Positions 8,943 through 17,165 are shown, counted from the stretch's first letter. The stretch: DNA of 25,505 nucleotides from a virus (IMGVR_UViG_3300016467_000606:1-25505), one strand, 5' to 3'. The notes: generated from the sequence alone by a model not told the origin. Program-made: numbers and translations.

Positions 8943-9082
8943 TACTTGCCCTTCTTGACCGGAGGCAATTGAGTGCCGGAGTCGCGCAAGTTCTTCTTGC
9001 TCACGTCCGTGTGGCCGTTGCGTTTGCTGACCTTCTCGACCACTTCTTTCGGGTTGGGGCCAGGCTGTTTAGTCTTTGCCAT
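8942..9082 (-). CDS. Small basic protein (46 aa)
   Basis: MAKTKQPGPNPK...PPVKKGK, GGAAAGG RBS, TAATG coupling to the GNAT gene. Confidence 0.5.
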   Translation of the reverse strand: MAKTKQPGPNPKEVVEKVSKRNGHTDVSKKNLRDSGTQLPPVKKGK

Positions 9083-9353
9083 AGAGTTTCCTTTCCATGA
9101 TGTGTTTGTAGAACCAGATCGCCGTGGCGATTCCCATGCAGCCACCAAGCGTCGATACGCCCAGCACCGCAAGCGCACCGTTGGCTGCGTACTTCACGAA
9201 GATGAAGTTGCTGACGTTGATGCCGGCGGACGTGAGAATTGCCGCCGTGTAGCGACCAGCCTGGACGTTGCGCGACTGGATGCCCAGCAAGAACACGATC
9301 GTGAAGTTGCCGAGGAAGATCAGCGCGAAGTCCGCCAGGCTGAGATCACCCAT
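9069..9353 (-). CDS. Small membrane protein (about 3 TM)
   Basis: 94 aa with three hydrophobic segments; overlaps both neighbours. Confidence 0.65.
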   Translation of the reverse strand: MGDLSLADFALIFLGNFTIVFLLGIQSRNVQAGRYTAAILTSAGINVSNFIFVKYAANGALAVLGVSTLGGCMGIATAIWFYKHIMERKLYGKD

Positions 9354-9657
9354 TCACGAACTCCCGCAGCTTTTGCTCCGACTCCGCACCGACGATGCGG
9401 GCGGTTTCTGCGCCTTTTTCGAAGCGAAGCAGGGTGGGAACGGCGCGAATGCTGCTCTGCATGGCGGCCGCCTGCGCATGGAAGACGTTCACGTAGGCCA
9501 CCTGCACGCCCAGTTCGGTTTCCAGCTTGGCAAGCGTCATTTTCACGCCCTTGCAGGGGCCGCAGGTGGGCGAACTGAAAAGCACGAACGACTTAGCGCC
9601 CGTCTCTTCTGCCCACGACTTGAGCATCGCCTGTTCGAAAGTTTCTTGGTCTGTCAT
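9346..9657 (-). CDS. Thioredoxin family protein
   Basis: TCGPCK active site, IRAVPTLL cis-Pro motif, RIVGA. Confidence 0.9.
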   Translation of the reverse strand: MTDQETFEQAMLKSWAEETGAKSFVLFSSPTCGPCKGVKMTLAKLETELGVQVAYVNVFHAQAAAMQSSIRAVPTLLRFEKGAETARIVGAESEQKLREFVNG

Positions 9658-10316
9658 TCGTTTTCCTTGTAACCAGCGGGAGAACGAACGATCTCGATCT
9701 TTTCCCGATAGCGTTTCTCGATGTAGAGGTTCGGAGCCAAGTCATCCACCATGTCGGTGTGGGTCGTGGCTACCATCAGCGTTGCGCCGACCTTGCGGGC
9801 GATCTTCTGAAGGTTGAAGGCGATGACTTTGGCGGTCGTGCGATCGAGCACAGCCAGGAACTCGTCAGCCACCCAGACCTTTGCACCTGACTCGATGATC
9901 TTGGCCAGGCGGAAGCGGTAGCGCTGGCCATCCGACAGTTCGTTAGGCTTGCGCACGAACAGGTAGGCGTCATTCAGGCCGGCGATCGACAGCAGCGTCA
10001 GGGCTTCCGTCGTGGAAGAACCGATCTGGTCAATCAGCGGCTTCGTGTTGTCGAGCGGCACTTCGTCGATGTCGGCGACTTGCAGGCCGGCTTCCGTCAT
10101 CTGCTTCTTCAGTTCGCGCAGCGCGAGCGACTTGCCGGAACCGGACTGGCCGGTGATGTAGACCACATCGCCCTGCTCTACCGGAATCTCCTGCTTGTCG
10201 AAGATGACGAACTCTTTGTCGTCCAAGCCCAGGCCGAACGCTTCAGCGATCTCCAGCACACGGTCGGTGCGCTCCACCGCCGACGTGAATCGTTTGTCGA
10301 GGATGTAGCCGCTCAT
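9654..10316 (-). CDS. Soluble ABC-type ATPase (no permease)
   Basis: Start MSGYILD at 10316 (ATGA overlap); Walker A GQSGSGKS, signature LSDGQ, Walker B VWVADEF, H-loop ATTH. Confidence 0.9.
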   Translation of the reverse strand: MSGYILDKRFTSAVERTDRVLEIAEAFGLGLDDKEFVIFDKQEIPVEQGDVVYITGQSGSGKSLALRELKKQMTEAGLQVADIDEVPLDNTKPLIDQIGSSTTEALTLLSIAGLNDAYLFVRKPNELSDGQRYRFRLAKIIESGAKVWVADEFLAVLDRTTAKVIAFNLQKIARKVGATLMVATTHTDMVDDLAPNLYIEKRYREKIEIVRSPAGYKENE

Positions 10317-10681
10317 TCGTCGTCTTTCTTGGCTTCGCGCTTCATGACACGCAGGGTCTTGGCAAACCAGTTGAAGACCTTCGGGTTGCTGACCCACATT
10401 TCGATCAGCCCATTGGTGTGCTGGGTCGTGATGGCCTCTTCTTGAGCGCCGTCGTCGATTCCGTACACCCAGTTGATTGCGTGGGTGATCTCGTGCTGAA
10501 CGACATTGATGGCGCGCTGGCGCGGAAGCGACTCGTCCAGGTAGATGCGGAATTTCTCGAAGTCCGTGATGCCGTCGCAACCTTCGAGGATTTCATGCTG
10601 CGCCGGCGTGGCAATCGTGATGCGGAAGGTGTACTGCCCGATCTTCACGCGCCGTGGCAAGCCTTGATATACCTCACTCAT
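10313..10681 (-). CDS. HExxH zincin-like protein (ImmA/IrrE-like phage metallopeptidase)
   Basis: IYLDESL...VVQHEITHAI...EE motif; 122 aa. Confidence 0.65.
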   Translation of the reverse strand: MSEVYQGLPRRVKIGQYTFRITIATPAQHEILEGCDGITDFEKFRIYLDESLPRQRAINVVQHEITHAINWVYGIDDGAQEEAITTQHTNGLIEMWVSNPKVFNWFAKTLRVMKREAKKDDE

Positions 10682-11346
10682 GACTTACTCCCTGCGAGCA
10701 GATTTTTCACGAACGTGACGAAAGCGTCCGCGCCTTCTTTTCCCGTCGAAGACTCCACTTCCGCCATGAAAGCCGCTACATGGCGCTCGTCTTTGCCTTG
10801 GATTGCCTTGAATCCCAGAGCTTTGTCGATCTTCACTTCCCGAGCGTCAATCTGCTCCACCTTCTTGTTGCCCTCTTCGGCCTGGCGCGTGACTTCGACT
10901 TCGATGTCGTCAACAAAGGCGTCTGTGTTCACGGAGCCGAGATCGGCGTCCATGAAGTCCAGTTCCTTCTTGTCGAAGATACCTTCCAGGTCGAAGTTCA
11001 AAGTGGCAAGTTCTTGCTGGAGCAAGTCGCTGTTGATGTCCGAGATGGCAACGCGGTTGTCGGCCAGGCGCAGAGCGCGAACCTGATCCTCGTTCAGATC
11101 GTCACGCACCCATACCGGCACCTGTTTCATGCCCAGCTTGAGCGCCGCCAGGCGACGACCGTGGCCGGCAATGATCACCCCATTGCGATCCACGACGATC
11201 GGCTGGCTCCAGCCGAACTCCTGAATGGACTTGGCGATCCGCTCGACCTGCTTGTCGTCGTGAATCTTGGCGTTCAGTTCGTAGGGGCTGATCTTGTCAA
11301 CGCCCCAGACGGTGATTGTTCCTGGCAGCTTGGTGGCTTCCGTCAT
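10678..11346 (-). CDS. ParB/Srx N-terminal domain protein
   Basis: PYELNAKIH...SIQEFGWSQPIVVD...IIAGHGRRLAA...LRLADNR; no methyltransferase domain follows. Confidence 0.9.
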   Translation of the reverse strand: MTEATKLPGTITVWGVDKISPYELNAKIHDDKQVERIAKSIQEFGWSQPIVVDRNGVIIAGHGRRLAALKLGMKQVPVWVRDDLNEDQVRALRLADNRVAISDINSDLLQQELATLNFDLEGIFDKKELDFMDADLGSVNTDAFVDDIEVEVTRQAEEGNKKVEQIDAREVKIDKALGFKAIQGKDERHVAAFMAEVESSTGKEGADAFVTFVKNLLAGSKS

Positions 11347-11363
11347 TCTTTCTCCTCCATTGG

Positions 11364-11552
11364 TCAGGAACGGCCGTTCCAGAAGTCCTTGAACTGCTGG
11401 ATGGTCATGTCCTCGGTATCGTCTTCGAAGAAGTCTTCCTCGTCGTCGCCTGGCTCGTAGTTGCAGGCGTCTTCGCAGTCATCACACTGCTCAGGGTCGT
11501 ACAGCCTGTTGATGCACGACTCGCACTCGGGGAATTTGTCTTCTGCCTTCAC
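11364..11552 (-). CDS. Small Cys-rich, highly acidic protein
   Basis: GTG 11552 just after the ParB stop; CESC...CDDC...C then DDEEDFFEDDTED. Confidence 0.55.
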   Translation of the reverse strand: MKAEDKFPECESCINRLYDPEQCDDCEDACNYEPGDDEEDFFEDDTEDMTIQQFKDFWNGRS

Positions 11553-11556
11553 TTCG

Positions 11557-12213
11557 TCAGTCTTTCTGGTTGAGAAGGAAGACAAGGGCATTGCCGGCAT
11601 TAGAAAGTGAATCTTCATCGACAAACCTCTGTTCCTTCATTGTTCGCTCGATCAGTTCCGAGATCGTTCCAGCGTCCTCCAGGGGCACTTTGAACCGCAT
11701 GATTTGGTGGGTCTGCGCCGGCTTAGTCGCGGGCGTTTGGGGACGTTCATCCCCGTCGTCGAGATCAAGGTCGTCCAGCGATATATTCACGCTCGAAAAG
11801 ATCGACGCGAAATCGCTCTCGGAGTACGGCATGAAGCTCGCAAGCTCTTCGGCACCCAGTCCGAGGTCATCGAGCAGGCCGGCAAGCTGAAGGGTGTCGT
11901 CAGCGCCGTAGCGCCCGTTGTCCACCAGGCCAATCTCTTTGGCGCGCTGGTCGGAGACGACGCCCAGGTTGACGACAGGCACTTTTTCCATGCCCAGGCG
12001 CTTTGCAGACTCCCAGCGATGCTCGCCGCCGAGAATTTCGAGGTTTCCGTCGCTGTTCTCACGCACAACGATGGGTTTGAACAGGCCAAGTCGCTTGATG
12101 CTCGCATCCAGCTTGGCCATGTTTTCTGGCGACACGATGTTCGTGTTCCAGGGGTTTGGTGCCAGAAGCTCAGGATCGAGCATCTCCACCTTGATGTTTT
12201 GGGTCTTACTCAC
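11557..12213 (-). CDS. Second ParB/Srx domain protein
   Basis: PNPWNTN...LDASIKRLGLFKPIVVRE...ILGGEHRWE; GTG 12213 is preferred because upstream codons overlap the promoter. Confidence 0.85.
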   Translation of the reverse strand: MSKTQNIKVEMLDPELLAPNPWNTNIVSPENMAKLDASIKRLGLFKPIVVRENSDGNLEILGGEHRWESAKRLGMEKVPVVNLGVVSDQRAKEIGLVDNGRYGADDTLQLAGLLDDLGLGAEELASFMPYSESDFASIFSSVNISLDDLDLDDGDERPQTPATKPAQTHQIMRFKVPLEDAGTISELIERTMKEQRFVDEDSLSNAGNALVFLLNQKD

Positions 12214-12230
12214 GGGCCAAGCCTTGTGGA

Positions 12231-12292
12231 TAGATTTGTCAGTCGTGACTGAACTATAATCCTTATACAAGAGGTTTGCAAGCCCTTATAGG
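12231..12292. promoter_or_regulatory. Overlapping divergent promoters (ParB operon / helicase)
   Basis: Minus: TTGCAA(12276-81)-17-TATAGT(12253-58); plus: TATAAT 12255-60. GTCAGTCGTGAC box at 12238-49; TTGTATAAGG motif in the minus spacer; CCTTATAGG at 12284-92. Confidence 0.65.
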
Positions 12293-12303
12293 GAAAGAAA
12301 TGA

Positions 12304-13848
12304 ATGAGTGAAAGCGTCACAATTGCCTACAACGCCGTCGTAGCCAAGTTGCATGAGCCGTCCAGGCAAGCAAAACTGGCTGTGCAGAAGTATGTTTCGT
12401 ACCGTGTGGAGGGTGCGGAACACACTGGCGCATTCAAAACCGGCAACTGGGACGGTCGCTCGTCGTTTTTTGACTTCCGCACCGGCACTTTTCCTGCCGG
12501 CTTCGTCAATTACGTGGCCGCGCAACTGATTCGAGACGGCTACAAGGTCAATCGCGTCCGCAAACCCCTGCCCTTGCCGCTTGGCCCTGAAAAGCCGAAG
12601 GTGGACGACTTTCCCGACAATCCCGACTACGACTACCAGATGGACGTGGTGAATCGGCTGTGCAAGCACGGTTCGATGATCGCCCAGGTGGCCACCGGCG
12701 GTGGCAAGTCGCGGATCGCTCGTATGGCATTCATGCGGATCAACCGCCCCACCCTGTTTCTGACCACTCGCGGCATCCTGATGTACCAGATGAAGGACAC
12801 CTTTGAGAAAGACCTCGGAGTGCCCTGTTCGGTGCTGGGAGACGGTCAGTTCGGCTTCACGGACGCTTCTGGGCGTCAATTCATCAAGAAGATGTCGGTC
12901 GGCATGGTGCAGACACTCGTCTCCCGCCTTCAAGAACCCAATCCCGACGATCCCATCGAGGCTCAAAACCGTCAGGCGGCCGTTCGACAGCAGACGATTG
13001 AGCTTCTGTCCAAGTTCGAGTTCGTGATCGGTGAGGAAGCGCACGAGGCGTCCGGCAACAGCTACTACGACATTCTTCGCCACTGCAAGAATGCCCACTA
13101 TCGACTGGCGCTGACGGCTACCCCGTTCATGAAGGACAACGAAGAGTCGAACATGCGTCTGATGGCTGCGTTTGGCCCGATCGGCATCAAGGTGACGGAG
13201 AAGATGCTGATCGACCGTGGAATCTTGGCCAAGCCGATCTTCAAGTACGTCAAACTGGCCCGATCGCCGGAACACCTGAAGCGCGGAACCCCCTGGCAAG
13301 CCGCCTATCGCTACGGAATCGTCCAGAACGTCGAGCGCAACACTCTGATCGTCACAGAGGCTGCTCGGGCCGCTCGTCACGGTCTATCGACAATGATTCT
13401 CATCCAGCAGAAAGCGCACGGGCACCTTCTGCGCGACATGCTGACCGAAGCGGGCATCAAAGCGCGGTTCATCGACGGTGACAGCGACCAAACCGAGCGC
13501 AAGCAAGCGCTCTCACAGCTTGCCAATGGTCAAATTCAGGTGCTGATCGGTTCGACCATTCTGGATGTCGGTGTAGACGTGCCGGCGGTCGGTATGGTGA
13601 TCTTGGGAGGCGGCGGCAAGGCGGAAGTTGCTCTGCGCCAGCGCATCGGCCGTGGTCTGCGCGCCAAGAAGAAAGGCCCGAACGTCGCGTTCATCGTGGA
13701 CTTCGCAGACGACTTCAACACCTACCTCAAGTCTCATGCCTACCAGCGCCGTCAGATCGTCAACGACACTGAGGGCTTTGCAGAGAACGTGCTGCCGGAC
13801 GGTGCAGACTTCGACTTCAGCATCTTTCGGACTGCCAAAGCAGCTTAG
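12304..13848 (+). CDS. Superfamily 2 (UvsW/ResIII-like) DNA helicase
   Basis: Motif I ATGGGKS, motif II IGEEAH, III LTATP, V ILDVGVDVP, VI QRIGRGLR. Confidence 0.9.
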   Translation: MSESVTIAYNAVVAKLHEPSRQAKLAVQKYVSYRVEGAEHTGAFKTGNWDGRSSFFDFRTGTFPAGFVNYVAAQLIRDGYKVNRVRKPLPLPLGPEKPKVDDFPDNPDYDYQMDVVNRLCKHGSMIAQVATGGGKSRIARMAFMRINRPTLFLTTRGILMYQMKDTFEKDLGVPCSVLGDGQFGFTDASGRQFIKKMSVGMVQTLVSRLQEPNPDDPIEAQNRQAAVRQQTIELLSKFEFVIGEEAHEASGNSYYDILRHCKNAHYRLALTATPFMKDNEESNMRLMAAFGPIGIKVTEKMLIDRGILAKPIFKYVKLARSPEHLKRGTPWQAAYRYGIVQNVERNTLIVTEAARAARHGLSTMILIQQKAHGHLLRDMLTEAGIKARFIDGDSDQTERKQALSQLANGQIQVLIGSTILDVGVDVPAVGMVILGGGGKAEVALRQRIGRGLRAKKKGPNVAFIVDFADDFNTYLKSHAYQRRQIVNDTEGFAENVLPDGADFDFSIFRTAKAA

Positions 13849-13892
13849 TTGCAATCTGGCCTGCCGGCCGTACAATGTCATTCAGCCGTGAC
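13849..13892 (+). promoter_or_regulatory. Putative promoter with degenerate operator box
   Basis: TTGCAA-16-TACAAT (13871-76); TTCAGCCGTGAC at 13881-92. Confidence 0.45.
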
Positions 13893-13911
13893 ATAACAAG
13901 AAAGGCAGGCC

Positions 13912-14106
13912 ATGACCCACGCACTCCTCATCAATCTCGCAATCATCGCCGCGATCGTTCTGACGATCTGCCTCACAAACAATCCTTTGGCTTTGTTCGC
14001 CCTGATGTTCTTGAAGGAGATGCCGTTTGGTCTGCTGCTCCAGAATGGTGATGACGAAGAGGAAGGGAATCCGATCGGTTTCATTCATCCGGACAAGGGA
14101 GACTAA
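13912..14106 (+). CDS. Small membrane protein
   Basis: 64 aa, hydrophobic N-terminal half, acidic tail; purine-rich RBS. Confidence 0.6.
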   Translation: MTHALLINLAIIAAIVLTICLTNNPLALFALMFLKEMPFGLLLQNGDDEEEGNPIGFIHPDKGD

Positions 14107-14149
14107 GCAAATCCCTTGTATAATGAGACATTGACAAGTTCAACCTCAA

Positions 14150-14176
14150 AGCCCCTCTCTCTGGGGCTATTTTTTT
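14150..14176 (+). terminator. Intrinsic terminator
   Basis: AGCCCC-tctctct-GGGGCT-ATTTTTTT. Confidence 0.75.
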
Positions 14177-14186
14177 GTCTGTGATT

Positions 14187-14216
14187 TTGCTTGTATAAGG
14201 TTTTGCGGTGTATACT
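14187..14216 (+). promoter_or_regulatory. Promoter overlapped by TTGTATAAGG motif
   Basis: TTGCTT-18-TATACT; TTGTATAAGG at 14191-14200. Confidence 0.55.
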
Positions 14217-14255
14217 TATAGCACTCAATCATTTTGACACACATGGAGAACAGTC

Positions 14256-14561
14256 ATGACAGAGAAGACTGAAACCGCGACGGCCGAAGAGAAAGGCAAG
14301 CGGTACGCCATCATCGTCGAGCAGGTGGTGCAGGAAAAGCTGGCCAAAATTGCCAAGACACACAAGATTTCCCAGGGCGCTGTCGTTGAGACGCTGATGG
14401 AGCATGCGGACATGGACAAGCTGGACGCTGCGTTCAAGGCCCGTCGAGAAGCTAAGGTCGCCGGCCGCACCGGCAAGACCGCCATCCTGAAGCGACTGAG
14501 CAAGCTGACGCCCGAGCAGCTTGAAGCGCTTGCCGCTCAACTCCCGAAAGACGATGAATGA
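14256..14561 (+). CDS. Small basic DNA-binding protein, ribbon-helix-helix-like
   Basis: KRYAIIV strand followed by helices QEKLAKIAK / SQGAVVETLM; GGAG RBS. Confidence 0.6.
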   Translation: MTEKTETATAEEKGKRYAIIVEQVVQEKLAKIAKTHKISQGAVVETLMEHADMDKLDAAFKARREAKVAGRTGKTAILKRLSKLTPEQLEALAAQLPKDDE

Positions 14562-14749
14562 GCGACGGCGGTAAAGGAAGCACACAGCGTCCCATCGAGA
14601 TCAGCCACGACGAAATGCAGGCTCGATGGGATGCAATCTTCGGGAAGAAGAAAGACGAAGACCCCTGCCCTGGCTGCCGGCCCAACGTCCGTTGTCGCAC
14701 GCCAAATTGCGGGCGGCTGAAGCAAGACCAAGAAAAGAAAGCGCAGTAA
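14558..14749 (+). CDS. Hypothetical protein with C-terminal Cys cluster
   Basis: ATGA overlap; GKGS..RP...WDAIFG and CPGC...C...C. Confidence 0.55.
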   Translation: MSDGGKGSTQRPIEISHDEMQARWDAIFGKKKDEDPCPGCRPNVRCRTPNCGRLKQDQEKKAQ

Positions 14750-14754
14750 GCACC

Positions 14755-14985
14755 ATGAAGGAAACCCACCAACGCACCCTCGTTCGCATGATCACGTACC
14801 GCCTCACCGCCTGGCTGTTCACGATCTTCTGGACATGGCTGTTCACCGGCGACGTGGCCAAAAGCACAGGCTTCGCAACCATTCTGCACATCCTCCTGAG
14901 CGTGGATTACTACTTCCACGAGCGTATCTGGCTGCGCATCAAGTGGGGCATGGCCAAATCACCAAGCCAATCAAACTTCGCGTGA
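14755..14985 (+). CDS. DUF2061-family membrane protein
   Basis: MKETHQRTLVRMITYRL...YYFHERIWLRIKWG family pattern. Confidence 0.75.
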   Translation: MKETHQRTLVRMITYRLTAWLFTIFWTWLFTGDVAKSTGFATILHILLSVDYYFHERIWLRIKWGMAKSPSQSNFA

Positions 14986-15152
14986 CCGTGACCGCTGTCG
15001 TCGAGTACGAAGCCGACCCGCAGCATTATCCAGGCGCTACGACGCCGCAGGAGATGCTGGCGATCGACATGGAGGGCGCGGACAACGATCCGTACAGCTT
15101 CATCAGCAGCGATAGCACCGAATGGACAGTCACCGGCGAGGTCGTCGAGTGA
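14982..15152 (+). CDS. Hypothetical acidic protein (start uncertain: 14982 or 14943)
   Basis: GTGA overlaps at both ends; codon usage matches its neighbours. Confidence 0.5.
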   Translation: MTVTAVVEYEADPQHYPGATTPQEMLAIDMEGADNDPYSFISSDSTEWTVTGEVVE

Positions 15153-15691
15153 TCCATCAGATGTTCGCTGTGCCGATCGGCATCTACGACAACATCGGAA
15201 GCGACCAACTCAACAGAGGACTGCTGGAGGCAATTCGGCAGTTCCCATCGAACGCGACAGGGATCAACCTGCTTGCGAACGACCACGCCGCCTTCGCCGA
15301 ACTGCAATCGCTGTTTCTGAAGGCGGCGACGGACATGCTGAACTCCCGATTCAAGGGCCTGACCCCGAAGATCAGGAATAGCTGGGCGAACCAGCACGCC
15401 GCAAACCACCCGCTGCTTCCACACGCGCACCCGCACAGCTTGATCGCTGGGGTGTACTACCCGCTGGCTCCAGACGGCTGTGGCGATCTACTGCTGCAAG
15501 ACCCGAACGCCGGCTCGATGTGGGGCACCTACTCGGATGGCCAATGGGAGTCGGTCGCGTACACGCGCATCCCCGCCAAGCCAGGCAGGATGATTCTCTT
15601 CCCTGGGCACATCGTTCACAGCGTTGCCCCAGGCAAGGTGATGGCACCCCGCGTGTCGATCGCCGTGAACTTCAGCGTGGAGCGCACATGA
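15149..15691 (+). CDS. Putative 2OG-Fe(II) oxygenase (TIGR02466 / 2OG-FeII_Oxy_5 type)
   Basis: SWAN, HAHPHSLIAGVYY, GDLLLQDP, LFPGHIVHSV and RVSIAVN motifs. Confidence 0.85.
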   Translation: MIHQMFAVPIGIYDNIGSDQLNRGLLEAIRQFPSNATGINLLANDHAAFAELQSLFLKAATDMLNSRFKGLTPKIRNSWANQHAANHPLLPHAHPHSLIAGVYYPLAPDGCGDLLLQDPNAGSMWGTYSDGQWESVAYTRIPAKPGRMILFPGHIVHSVAPGKVMAPRVSIAVNFSVERT

Positions 15692-16059
15692 GGGTTCTGG
15701 TCTGCGGCGGTCGCGACAACAGCGACACAGCGTTCATCCACTGGGTTCTGAACACGCTGCACGCCAAGAAAGCGATCACACTGGTCATCCACGGTTGCGC
15801 AACAGGTGCAGACAGCATCGGTGAGCAATGGAGCGCCCAGATCGACGGTTGCACGAGCTACGGTGTACCCGCAGACTGGAAAAAGCACGGGTCACGCGCT
15901 GGCCCCATCAGGAACAGGCTCATGCTGGAGTACGGCAAACCTGATCTCGTCGTCGCGTTCGAAGGCGGGGCTGGCACGCGGGACATGACGACTGCGGCGA
16001 CAGCCGCCGGAGTCAAAGTCCTGTTTGCCGAGAAGCTGCGCCCTCATTTTGTATCATAA
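15688..16059 (+). CDS. SLOG-family protein (DUF2493/YspA-like)
   Basis: MRVLVCGGRD, IHGCATGAD, ADWKKHG..AGPIRN..M and GT.DM motifs. Confidence 0.85.
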   Translation: MRVLVCGGRDNSDTAFIHWVLNTLHAKKAITLVIHGCATGADSIGEQWSAQIDGCTSYGVPADWKKHGSRAGPIRNRLMLEYGKPDLVVAFEGGAGTRDMTTAATAAGVKVLFAEKLRPHFVS

Positions 16060-16120
16060 ATCGAACATTCGGGGCTTGATGCCTCATTTGCGATACATTC
16101 GCCTCGAAATTTTTGCTTTG

Positions 16121-16310
16121 GTATAAGGATTGGGTATTCCTGATCGGGAAATTTCCATTCGAGCGTGGGGATTTTGTCGTGTTCTTTCCCCATCGGGTAA
16201 TTTTCAGCGCGATCTTGGGGATTTGGAGCCGCTGTATAAGGATTGCGGTCTAGGGTCTGCCTGGCTGTATAAGGGGCGTGTCGGGAAGGTCGGCCTGGCT
16301 GTATAAGGGG
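16121..16310 (+). repeat. Array of four GTATAAGG direct repeats
   Basis: Cores at 16121, 16234, 16267, 16301; exact 18-bp GCCTGGCTGTATAAGGGG at 16259 and 16293. Confidence 0.85.
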
Positions 16311-16500
16311 GTCAATTCCGAGGTCGGAACGAGGAAGGGTGCGCCACCCAGTAGTCCGAAAATCTCTAGGACTTCGGTACTACTTTTCCAATTACAGCAT
16401 TACGTCGGGTCGATAGGCGCACGCTATCACGTACACCGCTCCGATTGTCACAACTGCAATATCAATCCAATCCATGTTCGTTCTCCAATAGGTTTTGACA

Positions 16501-16528
16501 ATAGCGCGAGACAATCGCCCCGCGCTAT
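16501..16528 (-). terminator. Hairpin terminator after 16539-17165
   Basis: ATAGCGCG...CGCGCTAT inverted repeat 10 nt past the stop; weak U tract. Confidence 0.5.
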
Positions 16529-16538
16529 CGGTTCTCAA

Positions 16539-17165
16539 TCAAGCATACATCGCAACAATCATGCGGGCGGCATCATTGTCTTGCATTGTGATTGCATCAT
16601 TGTTTTTTTGCTTGACCACGTTTGCAAGGTTGAGCGCTTTGAGCATCATTCGGGTGGAGCTTGCTTGCGTGCTTGCGGTGGACTCGCTGCAATTGTGCAG
16701 GCGCTTGAGTGCTTGGACTTGCTCAGTCTCGGAGTATTCAATCGCTTTGCAAATGCTCATGCGTGATTCTTTGTTGTTGATCGCTTGCAGCTTGACAAGG
16801 TTGAACAGGATGGAGTTGGTGTATCCGTCAAAACCGGAGCGCGCATTGTTTGCGATAGCGTAGAGCGCTTTGCGCACCTTTTGCAGCGCATACACCGCGA
16901 GAAAATCGGCTTTGGATTCGTTCTTCAGCACGCGGATTTGGCGTGCAAGCGCTTGCAGGTCGATCCCCTGCACCGTCGCGCATTTGTTGAGAATCGCCGC
17001 TCCGTTAGCATCAGCGAAAAACTTATGCTCCGTGCTCAGGGTGTCGCGTTGGTTTTCATTGTCGGCATTTGCGATGCGATGCGCGATGGATTCGAGAATC
17101 AGCGCTTGCAGGTCGATCGCTTGATCTTGCTTCGCTTTGCTCGTGGTTTGCTTTGCTTTGCTCAT
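16539..17165 (-). CDS. Hypothetical alpha-helical protein, possible C-terminal winged helix
   Basis: ATG 17165 with AAGGTG RBS, own promoter and terminator; 208 aa with no Pro or Trp; STASTQASSTRMMLKALNL resembles a recognition helix. Confidence 0.75.
   Translation of the reverse strand: MSKAKQTTSKAKQDQAIDLQALILESIAHRIANADNENQRDTLSTEHKFFADANGAAILNKCATVQGIDLQALARQIRVLKNESKADFLAVYALQKVRKALYAIANNARSGFDGYTNSILFNLVKLQAINNKESRMSICKAIEYSETEQVQALKRLHNCSESTASTQASSTRMMLKALNLANVVKQKNNDAITMQDNDAARMIVAMYA

Noticed and set aside
9654-10580. 308-aa version of the ABC ATPase; ABC transporter interpretation
   Set aside because: The extension overlaps the HExxH gene in another frame, so the real start is 10316. 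No substrate-binding or typical permease gene is present.
10678-12213. ParABS partition locus
   Set aside because: No ParA in the window and no clear central HTH in either ParB protein; they resemble phage terminase-adjacent ParB/Srx proteins.
178-12252. Long plus-strand ORFs (e.g. 1557-2531, 3576-5228, 5320-6687, 7848-8972)
   Set aside because: Antisense shadows of clear minus-strand genes in GC-rich DNA; no RBS or recognisable motifs.
12286-13380. 364-aa minus-strand ORF
   Set aside because: Antisense shadow of the helicase.
14950-14985. Possible frameshift (one extra A would give MAKITKPIKLRV and fuse DUF2061 to the next ORF)
   Set aside because: A GTGA-coupled start at 14982 explains the layout without an error; reads or homologues are needed to decide.
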